Source of the DNA: Candidatus Omnitrophota bacterium
Lineage (GTDB): Bacteria > Omnitrophota > Omnitrophia > Omnitrophales > JACROU01
Direction of reading: 5' to 3'
Assembly: GCA_029261035.1 (NCBI GenBank)
Contig: JAJDCD010000008.1
Coordinates: 98,313 to 162,312, forward strand
Length of the DNA: 64,000 nt
This document shows positions 19,319 through 28,143 of the stretch, one piece after another. Below the pieces are notes generated by a model. The model made no database searches, had not been told where the DNA came from, and saw nothing but the letters and a program-made list of their open reading frames with translations. A program made the translations under genes and the position numbers. Positions within the stretch are counted from its first letter, which is position 1. Each line of letters opens with the position of its first letter.

Positions 19319-22300
19319 TTATGCAGCGATTTGAATCTGATATTGAGCTTTAATATCGTTAAACAATCCTTCTATCAATTCCGTCAATGAAAGCAATGTA
19401 AACAAACCTCTACGAGCATCATATTGAATCATCAAACTCATATCATCATGAATCAAACTTGCCGTCTCCCCACGAACAGCACCAATTCTACGCGACAGCT
19501 CCATAGATAGTTCTGCGGGTACATCTGATTCCACAGAAACATGCAAAAATTCATTCTCAGTCGACTTGGTCAACTTTCTAAACAATCCTTTATCTGGACT
19601 TACAATAACAGAAACAACTTGCTCTCCCAAAGAAGCTTCACGACTAATTAACGTGTTCACTTCTTGATACAGTGAATTTGAAGTTGCATAAGGGTAAATA
19701 GCTACCGTTTCTGGAAGCCCTTCAGGAAAATATGAAGCTATTTTTTCAACAGCAGCCTCATAAGATTCTGATTTTACAAAAATGCCTAAAAAGGTTTCTT
19801 CAGTAATCTTATTCAGAAACTCAACATTTTCTGATAAATCCTCTTCAGTTAACAGTAATCGTACTTGCGGATCAGAATCCGTCAAAGGAACAAAGGCTGA
19901 TAATACTTCTACTCGTGATTCCAATTCTAATTTAAATGATTTAAATGCTTCATCACGAATCTCAGGCTTTAATGTTTGAAACAATCCTTGAATAAGAGCT
20001 GTGTTATTTCTTACAACATCAGAAACAAAAGATTCATCAATCTCTAAAGGCAACTCAAAAGTAGGAAGCACTTCTTCTGCGAGTACACTTCCCAAAGATC
20101 TTGCCCTTGCACGAGCTGTTACCAAACTTTGAACTGTCACTCTTGAAGTTTGAATATTAAAACCCCCTTGAGCCACAGTCTTGAGAAGAATGGTAGCCAC
20201 TGGTTTTAATCTACGAATATTTTCTCTTCCATATCGGTTCAGAAAAGCTTCTTGTTCTTCTGTCATCTCTTCATTATCCAAATTAAAATCACTAATACTC
20301 TGAAGAAGAGCTCTGTCTGGAGCAAAGCTCATAAAAGCACTTACAGCAGAACGGTATTGAATGTAAGCTAAATAATAATTAGCTCTGGCTAAAGAAATTT
20401 CTCTTTGTTTTTGAAAGTCTTGCAACAAAACATTCGTGCTACTCGCCGAACCTGACCTGAGAGATGCTAACTCCGCCTCTTTTCTGTCTAGCTCTGCTTT
20501 TCTAATCAACAAGGCTTCTTGTTTTTGCCCCAAGTTAATCCAAGCTGTTTGGATTTCTTCGACTACTTTGCCAACCATATTCTCTATCACTCTATTCTTT
20601 CCTTGAAGTTTCGATCTCGCACTAGATCCATCATCCAAAAAGTTAAATAAGTTAGGAACCAAAACAGCACCTCCAAACTCATCAGGATCCGTATCACTCG
20701 TAGTTCTAAAGTCATCTAAACGAGATTGAAATAGTTCAGGATCTCCACGATGACCTTCCATTCTAATATCCGGCAATGTATTTCCAGCTTCCTCCAAAAC
20801 TAAACGGATACCTGTTGCTTCAAAATCATCTACTTTAGAACTAACACGCATATCTAACAATGCTAATTGTCTAAATAGTTGATTTAGCTTTAAACGTCTT
20901 TCATTTCCGTCTGCTGGCAAACCTTGAATAGAAACTGTGTTCACATTAGCTGTGTCCAAGGTAAAATTAATTCTCATTGAAGGGTCAGCTGACACATTTA
21001 AAGCTCTTCTTATTGCAACTTCACTCAAACGAATACGAGCTCCCAATGTTCCGTTTTCACTCGCACCCTCTCTACCTACCAACAACTCTAATGTAGCAAT
21101 CTGAGACAAGATAGCACTTCGTCTCGTTCTCATAGAAGCTTTGTCTCTATCTAGTGCACTTGGTAAAACTCTATCAAGATAAGCAAGCTCACTTCGAAGC
21201 GTTCCCAACTGCCCTCGAACTAAGGTCTGTTGTTGACGCATATACCACAACTTTAATACCTCAGAATTTACCCTGTCTACAGAACTCACCAATTGCTGTT
21301 GATATGTATTAGCCCCTGCTCTCTGAACGATAAAAGCGAGATCACTCCAATCAGCACCCACACCTGTAAACAAACTCTTCAATGACATCGTAAAACTCAT
21401 AAGTGTATCAATTCCGCTTGCTACAGGAGATTCACCAATCGTCAAATTAATCGTTCCACCTCCCAAATAAGCAGGTAATTGAATAATAAATCCACCTGCA
21501 ACCTCATAAGTTTCACCATCACGAGAAACAGTTCCTCCAAAGAATGTGGAAATATTAAAATCATTAATGCTCTTAGAAGAAGTCTCTGAATCCTGACGAG
21601 CCACATCCGCATTAATCACATTGTAATTTCTGCGCAATAATAATAAAGGCAAATCATGTTCTGTTACTGCCGCTCCACTGATTTGCATAGGAACACCAAC
21701 AACACGAATTTTCCCATCATCCCCCATTGTTAAAGTAACATTCTGTATTGATGATGCCGTTCCATAACGATCAGATATCTGGGATCTTCCTCTTTCGTTT
21801 TCTACAATATCTCTTACCTTACATGAAGTAAGACAAACCACTGTAAGCAAACTTAAACTTAAAAGACCAAAACCAAACCTTCTTTTACCTAGCGATGAAG
21901 CTTTTGAGACAAGAACAACTGCTTCAACATCCCCACCTGTCGACAAAGACTGTATCCCTGGCAAACTCAGAACTACCAAAACCCTGGACTGCCCTCTAAC
22001 ATTTCCATCGGATAATTTATGAGAAATTTCTCCTCGAACATAAACATCCCCGATACGGACATACAAAGAATCACCCACAGAGAGATTTGAAGCTTGTTCT
22101 GAGGCAAGAGAAACACTAAAAGAAGAACCTCCAGAAAGTTGGTAAACAACTTGATCCTGAGTAACAGACACTTGTCCTGATGGTGCTCCAACAGAAATAA
22201 CACCCCCTTGAGAAGACCGAACATTTAACCCTGCAATCACAGATCTTCTAGTGGCAATCATTTGCTCCACAGCTCTGATACCGCCTTCTACAGTATCCGA

Positions 22301-25300
22301 ATCGATTTCCGCATCCCTTGCAAGTCGTAACAAACTACGGATTTGCACCTTAAGCCTTCTTGTAGTCTGATTTCTAGAACCGATCTCTCCATCAATTCTT
22401 CTTTGTTCCGCTACAACTTGAGTTTGTGTTCGAGGACTTGCCGGAGCCCCAGTAATATCTGCCGTTCTCACCAATTGATACAAACGCTCTAATAAAGATA
22501 AATCGGGTGTCTCTCCTCTGTTTCCAGCTTGGTAAACAATATCTACTTGAGAAATAAGTTGTTCCAATGCATTTTTAACAATACCGTGATCGTGTAAATT
22601 TCCTGATAAAGCTCTTAGTGGAGTTAATAGAGATTGGAAATGAGTTAACACATCAGTCAACCCAAATGTTTTAGCTTCTGTAATTTTTCCAAGAAGCGTT
22701 CTGAATGATTGACTCGAATTAACAAGTCGTCTATCTTCAGTCTCTTGAGTTGTAGAAACAACAACTTGCTGGCGAGAGCGATCACTTCGTAGACCTTCAA
22801 TTTCTCGAGCTAATTCCCTTATCTCTCCCAGTTTTTCTTGAGCACTACGAATGTCTTCTCTTAACTGTCTTATATTTGCATTAATTTGACCTTCTGACCT
22901 AAACTGTCCATCTATGAGATCTCCAACTTTACGACCAATCACAGCTCCACTGCGAATTCTTTCTCCCACAGTTCTTGCCTGTTCAGTAAACACAATAGGG
23001 CCAGAAAACTCAGCCGCTTCCTGAATGGATGAATTTGAAGATAAAGCACCTTTAAAATAATCAAACTCCCCTTCAGGTTTAAGTTGCACTCTAGAATCTC
23101 CCTGGACCGAAACAATTTTTCCAGAAAAAGATTCTTCGGTCACTGCAGTACTAGGAATTCTCGATATGCTTACAAGAGTCGTTCCAGGTTTAGATCCAAC
23201 GCCATCGATTCGAATAGAAACACCCTGAACCACTGTTCCATCTTGCTTTTGAACGACTGCCAATTTATTAACCAACAATAAAGCTAAGGCTGCAGGAATC
23301 TCAAGAGAAATTTGTTTTTGAGATAAAAATCGATTCTGCCCAATAACTTGTTGAGATTGAACCATTGCATCTACAGAAGCTGTAAAACGCGTCTCACCTC
23401 CACGCTCAAAGGAAACGGTTCCTAAAGAGACTAAAGTAGATAAACGAGCCCCTATGACTGCTAACCGAGTTTCAATTTCAACCTCCCTCTCAGACTTAAC
23501 ACTAACCGTTATATCTGGATTCGCTTCACCCATCGCTTCACTAACCCGAGTCCACCGAACTCTTTCAGGACCCAATTCTCCTTCTAAACGCAACTTTTCA
23601 CTCTCTAAACGAATCTGTTCTGGACTTTTAATAACATAAACTCCACCCACTCTGGAGAGAACACCAGAAATCGGTGCTAATATAGGTTGAGAGTAAGTTG
23701 TTACTGCTCTACTAAATTCATATGGAAAACTAAAATCGCTAGCGGATAAGTCTGCTGGAGGTGCCCCGGCACCTGCAGGAACAACTCTAGCCACAACTCC
23801 TTCTCGAGCTCTTTCTTCAACATGAGGTAGTAAAATTCTCTGCAACAAAGAATAATTCAAAGGCACGGGTCGAGGCAACTCAACATTCCCTTCAACACGA
23901 AGAGATCGGGCTGGAATAGTAAATTTCAAAGTCTCTTTATTAGGTTTCAAAGAAACAAAGCCAAAAACAGCTGCAAGAATCACGAGTATTCCCGACACAA
24001 CCCCTTTAACTAAAACTGTACCAGGTAAATACTGTTCTATTTTCCATTTTAAATCTGCCGTCCAATCAGAAACTTCAGAATCCAAAGCACTAACTTTGTG
24101 CCCTCCATTATATGAAGTAACATTAAATAGCTCTTTATACTCTTCTTTCCCATCAATAAATTCTTGAAACTTAGAAGGCCCTACCCTTAAAACCATACCT
24201 GATTCAATAGCTTTATTAATGGTAACTGTCCTAACACTGCTAATTTCTTCCAGAACTGGTTGAACAACATTACCTTCTTGAAACTGTGTTAGTCGATGAA
24301 AATTAAGCTCCCCTGCTTGAGATACTTTAACAACAAGCTCTTCACTTATTTGAATAAAAGCTGCTCGAACTGTAGCTTGTTTCTGAAATTCTTTAAGTTT
24401 TAAAACACCATTAAAAGGTGATTGAGGAGAATACTGTACTCCAGCATTCGTTTGAAACCAATAGCGCACAGGAGATCTACCATACACCGTTAAACTGTCA
24501 TCTTCCTCCCACACAACTCTTAAATGCAAAGACGATGGGAGAATATCTGTTGAAATATCTCTTTCTTTTAGATCAATTACATTTTTATCTTCAGGTCTTT
24601 TACCTTGATAGAAAATAGTTTCTCCAGAAAAATAAGATTGAGAGCCTTCAAGATCTATAGACTCACCAGAACTTGACTGAACCTCTAAAAGGCTTCCCTT
24701 AGGTACATTAATAGAGTCTCCATCGTTAAATGACTGACTATCAATTTTAATAGAGCGACTCATAGGAAATCGAGCCAACACTCCGAGCAACACCCCTAAA
24801 ACACCCAACAAGCCTGCCAGTATCATCCAGATTGGGTTTTGAGGCACAGCCACTTCTTTTGTCACCGTATACTCGGGATCATTCCCAGACAGAGATACAC
24901 TTTGACTTACAGGTGCAGTCGTTTCCTCGCCCAACAAATTACCTTGATTATGTCTAGCAAAATAAATCGCAATTGCTGTCCTTAGAGTAGCATTTTCTCT
25001 ATACCTACTATGCAACCCTCTTAACTGCTCAACCTTAAACGTGCTGTCTACTTCTGCATTAAGCAACTGCCTTAAGTAGTCCGCCTTAACTCTTGAATTT
25101 GTAGCTGAGTTTAATAAACCTAATATTCGAGAAAATTCTTCTTGTGTTTTAATTTCTGTAATCGTTTCAACTCCTTGAGCTTGAACTTCAGAAACTCCTA
25201 CCGTTAAAATAACTCCAAGCCCTAAAAATCCAGTTAATAAAAATGGAAAAGCTTTAGAGAAGCTCTTCACACCTCTAGCATCTCCCAAACTAGCAGCTTG

Positions 25301-27076
25301 ATTAACAACAGAAGAAATACGGCTACTAAAAGGATCTAAACTAAATTCAATTACCTTACCTCCATCTAAAGGTAAGAGTTGAAGTTCAGCCCTTCCTAAA
25401 TCATCCCTCTTAGGACTTACCTTAAATTTATTGCCTGCAAAATTAAATCTCTTTTCTTCTTTAGAAAAAGACATTGCTAGTAACTCAACTGCTTTAGCCG
25501 CATTTGGTCTTCCCGAAAACACTTGAGGATTCAATGATTGGTACGCCGTCAAAATCTCATCTAATCCCTCTACCCACTCTAAACTTCCCATTGCCCTCAT
25601 ATATTTATCATGAATATTTTCGTCAATATGTTCAAATTTGGGACTGAGTAACTGATACGAAATTTTCTCTTCTTTAAACATTTGAGCTAGCTCTTCTCCA
25701 TGAAATCCTCCAACAACAAGAACATAATTACCTTCGCCTTTTTTGTTTATCATGGATGAAACAGTTTCAAAAATAGCCTTATCTCTTTTTTTTGCAATTC
25801 CATAAAATGCTTCAGGGACATTCCTAGAATCATAGACAAAGAAACCCTTACGATCTTCCGTTCTTAAAGACAGCCTATTGTCTGCTTTGGAAAACATATA
25901 TATTAGCTCTTGATTAAAATCAATTCTAGAATCTAAGGATTGGTATTTCTCAAATTCTGTTGGTGTGATCTCAAGAAACCAAATCTTTTTTAATAATTTC
26001 ACATAATCATTCAATCTTGACAACCTCTTTATAACAGACTCCGTCATATAAGGTTTTTTCAACAATTCATATAGTTGAATCATATTACGGTTGATCGTAT
26101 CTGAAGAGATGGAAAGAAAAGCCAAATCCAGCATCAAGGCATAAAATAAAGCTGGGTATTTTTCTTCACTTACCTTTGATAAAAACATTGTTACTTGCTC
26201 TACATCCGATAATTTCTTTTCTTTATAATCTTTTTTAATCCAGTCTTTCAGTTCAATCTTTATCTTAGAAGAAAGCATTAAGTCTTGACTGAGCACAGTG
26301 ATGTCATTTTGAAATGCTTGGTATGAATAACGAGATGCCGATTCCGTCAAAGATAAAAATTGTTTAAATTCTGGGCTCAGGCTGGATAAATCCAGTTTTT
26401 CTATCTCTTTAGTATATTGCTTTAAAAATGAAATCAAATCGCCTCTGCCCTGTGATTGATTCCAATTTTTTTCTAACAAAATTAATTGACTTGGATACAA
26501 AGCCATTTTTAAAGAAGTAAGAATTTGGTTAACTTCACCAAAACTTTCTTTAGCTTTTACTTGTTTATAAACAAGTTCATTAAATGCTTGTCGATGGATA
26601 GTATAAAATTCTGCTTGTTCAGCTCCTTGAAAAGAAACAGATGGGTGTTTAATAGAAAATAATTCAGATCCACCCAAAAGACCTTGTTGCATTAGAGAAA
26701 AACTCACTTGATCTCGAACAGGCTCCTCTAAAGCATGCCAAAACGAAGTGTCAACATCTCCAGAAGCACCCTCTTGGTATATACCGTCAATCTCTCCTTT
26801 TTTAAACTTCGCTTCTAGATATTGATAAATGCTTTCTTGTGTAGAAAAATTACAATGGAAATCTTGAACAATATCCACATGAATAGGACTCTTCTTTTCG
26901 AATGAGTCCACAACATTCACGTAATTTTCCTGTAATGAGATCTCTTTTAAAGGCTGCATTAAAGGAAGTGCTTGCGGAATCATTGCTCCTTGAGAAAATG
27001 CTATATCTGTAACGGCAAACGTTAATACGAGTATCGAACTAATTATTTTTATTCCAAAAAAACGAGTTAAGCTCAT
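19319..27076 (-). CDS. Giant multidomain protein (2585 aa): TraB/Tiki-like N-domain, tandem membrane-fusion-protein region, TolC-like lipoprotein module, C-terminal domain; candidate polyprotein
   Basis: Uninterrupted 7.76-kb ORF with AGAGGTG SD and its own terminator; MFP-like motifs (ILAPISG, AEFSG..VGERIRSGAVIG, VRSSQGGVI); OMF-like heptad patterns; internal signal peptides after AxSLG. Confidence 0.8.
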   Translation of the reverse strand: MSLTRFFGIKIISSILVLTFAVTDIAFSQGAMIPQALPLMQPLKEISLQENYVNVVDSFEKKSPIHVDIVQDFHCNFSTQESIYQYLEAKFKKGEIDGIYQEGASGDVDTSFWHALEEPVRDQVSFSLMQQGLLGGSELFSIKHPSVSFQGAEQAEFYTIHRQAFNELVYKQVKAKESFGEVNQILTSLKMALYPSQLILLEKNWNQSQGRGDLISFLKQYTKEIEKLDLSSLSPEFKQFLSLTESASRYSYQAFQNDITVLSQDLMLSSKIKIELKDWIKKDYKEKKLSDVEQVTMFLSKVSEEKYPALFYALMLDLAFLSISSDTINRNMIQLYELLKKPYMTESVIKRLSRLNDYVKLLKKIWFLEITPTEFEKYQSLDSRIDFNQELIYMFSKADNRLSLRTEDRKGFFVYDSRNVPEAFYGIAKKRDKAIFETVSSMINKKGEGNYVLVVGGFHGEELAQMFKEEKISYQLLSPKFEHIDENIHDKYMRAMGSLEWVEGLDEILTAYQSLNPQVFSGRPNAAKAVELLAMSFSKEEKRFNFAGNKFKVSPKRDDLGRAELQLLPLDGGKVIEFSLDPFSSRISSVVNQAASLGDARGVKSFSKAFPFLLTGFLGLGVILTVGVSEVQAQGVETITEIKTQEEFSRILGLLNSATNSRVKADYLRQLLNAEVDSTFKVEQLRGLHSRYRENATLRTAIAIYFARHNQGNLLGEETTAPVSQSVSLSGNDPEYTVTKEVAVPQNPIWMILAGLLGVLGVLLGVLARFPMSRSIKIDSQSFNDGDSINVPKGSLLEVQSSSGESIDLEGSQSYFSGETIFYQGKRPEDKNVIDLKERDISTDILPSSLHLRVVWEEDDSLTVYGRSPVRYWFQTNAGVQYSPQSPFNGVLKLKEFQKQATVRAAFIQISEELVVKVSQAGELNFHRLTQFQEGNVVQPVLEEISSVRTVTINKAIESGMVLRVGPSKFQEFIDGKEEYKELFNVTSYNGGHKVSALDSEVSDWTADLKWKIEQYLPGTVLVKGVVSGILVILAAVFGFVSLKPNKETLKFTIPARSLRVEGNVELPRPVPLNYSLLQRILLPHVEERAREGVVARVVPAGAGAPPADLSASDFSFPYEFSRAVTTYSQPILAPISGVLSRVGGVYVIKSPEQIRLESEKLRLEGELGPERVRWTRVSEAMGEANPDITVSVKSEREVEIETRLAVIGARLSTLVSLGTVSFERGGETRFTASVDAMVQSQQVIGQNRFLSQKQISLEIPAALALLLVNKLAVVQKQDGTVVQGVSIRIDGVGSKPGTTLVSISRIPSTAVTEESFSGKIVSVQGDSRVQLKPEGEFDYFKGALSSNSSIQEAAEFSGPIVFTEQARTVGERIRSGAVIGRKVGDLIDGQFRSEGQINANIRQLREDIRSAQEKLGEIRELAREIEGLRSDRSRQQVVVSTTQETEDRRLVNSSQSFRTLLGKITEAKTFGLTDVLTHFQSLLTPLRALSGNLHDHGIVKNALEQLISQVDIVYQAGNRGETPDLSLLERLYQLVRTADITGAPASPRTQTQVVAEQRRIDGEIGSRNQTTRRLKVQIRSLLRLARDAEIDSDTVEGGIRAVEQMIATRRSVIAGLNVRSSQGGVISVGAPSGQVSVTQDQVVYQLSGGSSFSVSLASEQASNLSVGDSLYVRIGDVYVRGEISHKLSDGNVRGQSRVLVVLSLPGIQSLSTGGDVEAVVLVSKASSLGKRRFGFGLLSLSLLTVVCLTSCKVRDIVENERGRSQISDRYGTASSIQNVTLTMGDDGKIRVVGVPMQISGAAVTEHDLPLLLLRRNYNVINADVARQDSETSSKSINDFNISTFFGGTVSRDGETYEVAGGFIIQLPAYLGGGTINLTIGESPVASGIDTLMSFTMSLKSLFTGVGADWSDLAFIVQRAGANTYQQQLVSSVDRVNSEVLKLWYMRQQQTLVRGQLGTLRSELAYLDRVLPSALDRDKASMRTRRSAILSQIATLELLVGREGASENGTLGARIRLSEVAIRRALNVSADPSMRINFTLDTANVNTVSIQGLPADGNERRLKLNQLFRQLALLDMRVSSKVDDFEATGIRLVLEEAGNTLPDIRMEGHRGDPELFQSRLDDFRTTSDTDPDEFGGAVLVPNLFNFLDDGSSARSKLQGKNRVIENMVGKVVEEIQTAWINLGQKQEALLIRKAELDRKEAELASLRSGSASSTNVLLQDFQKQREISLARANYYLAYIQYRSAVSAFMSFAPDRALLQSISDFNLDNEEMTEEQEAFLNRYGRENIRRLKPVATILLKTVAQGGFNIQTSRVTVQSLVTARARARSLGSVLAEEVLPTFELPLEIDESFVSDVVRNNTALIQGLFQTLKPEIRDEAFKSFKLELESRVEVLSAFVPLTDSDPQVRLLLTEEDLSENVEFLNKITEETFLGIFVKSESYEAAVEKIASYFPEGLPETVAIYPYATSNSLYQEVNTLISREASLGEQVVSVIVSPDKGLFRKLTKSTENEFLHVSVESDVPAELSMELSRRIGAVRGETASLIHDDMSLMIQYDARRGLFTLLSLTELIEGLFNDIKAQYQIQIAA

Positions 27077-27352
27077 TTTATTTCACCTCTCTATGATGTA
27101 ATTATTCTTAAATGCTGCATGTCGACTTAATTAAAAGAATCCAACAATAAAGCTTATAAAAAATATGGGACATTTAAGTAATAAAATAACAATTATGTAA
27201 GCTAATCCTTTGCCTGATATCTAATTCAGCTTATTAATTGCTAATAATAAACAATATGCATACCAAGTTTTAATCTTTTTTAAAATATTTAAAAACAATT
27301 GTCTTAAATGCTTGTTTAGGAAGGATTTAGGTGTGAATTATAAATTTAAAGA

Positions 27353-28111
27353 CTATTTGGATTGTTGCCAGAATTCTTCTAATTGCTCTAGACTGTAATC
27401 GGTCCAGGGTTTTTTGGATTTATGAACAGATTCTTCTACGGCACTGAAACGCTTTCTGAATTTTGTAATAGCATCATTTAAGGCCAACTCAGGATCTACC
27501 CCTATCTTTCTAGCTAGGTTAACTGCTGAAAACAAGAAATCTCCCATTTCTTCTTTAATCGCATTTACGTTTTTAGCAACCAATTCTAGTTTAAGCTCTT
27601 CTAATTCTTCTTCAACTTTTTCAATAACTTTCTCTGAGGAGTCCCAGTCAAAACCAACCTTCGAAACTCTCTTTTGAACTTTATACGCCAACATCAATGC
27701 CGGATAGTGAGTCTTAAGATCAGAAAGAATTTTCTTATCCGACCCATCATTTTTTCTTTCTTCCATCTTAGCGCTATTCCAATGATTGAGAGCTTCCTCA
27801 GGAGTTTCTGCTTTTTTATCTCCAAAGACATGTGGATGTCTTGAAATCATCTTTCCCATAGCTCTTGTTAATACTGATCCCTTCGAGAATTGCTTATTCT
27901 CTTCAGCAATATTCATCATCATGGATATCACAATGAGCAAATCCCCTAACTCTTCCTCAATTTTTTGATTCTGATTCTCATTAATTGCCTCTAAGACTTC
28001 ATAAGCTTCTTCCAACAGACATCGTCTCAAAGTCTCCAGCGTTTGCTTCCGGTCCCAAGGACATCCATCTTTACCACGAAGCTTTTTCATAATCTTCATT
28101 AAATCATCCAC
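27353..28111 (-). CDS. mazG: Nucleoside triphosphate pyrophosphohydrolase
   Basis: GCPWDRKQT, EEAYEV, EELGDLL, RHPHVF, GFDW, EEMGDFLF. Confidence 0.96.
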   Translation of the reverse strand: MDDLMKIMKKLRGKDGCPWDRKQTLETLRRCLLEEAYEVLEAINENQNQKIEEELGDLLIVISMMMNIAEENKQFSKGSVLTRAMGKMISRHPHVFGDKKAETPEEALNHWNSAKMEERKNDGSDKKILSDLKTHYPALMLAYKVQKRVSKVGFDWDSSEKVIEKVEEELEELKLELVAKNVNAIKEEMGDFLFSAVNLARKIGVDPELALNDAITKFRKRFSAVEESVHKSKKPWTDYSLEQLEEFWQQSK

Positions 28112-28143
28112 AAAACATCCTTTCTCTTCAACAACACATCCTT

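Noticed and set aside
19625-23435. Additional SLG occurrences in the giant protein (LVSLG within MFP unit 1; EASLG aa 2480-2484)
   Set aside because: They lack the Ala at the first position and lie inside apparent domains with no following signal, so they were not counted as junctions; EASLG remains a possible weak site.
19319-27076. Giant ORF as an artefact of stop-codon readthrough, alternative genetic code or mis-assembly
   Set aside because: The frame is open in the standard code, neighbouring genes use TAA, TAG and TGA as stops, and the junctions share a peptide motif encoded by different codons. Read-level confirmation is still advisable.
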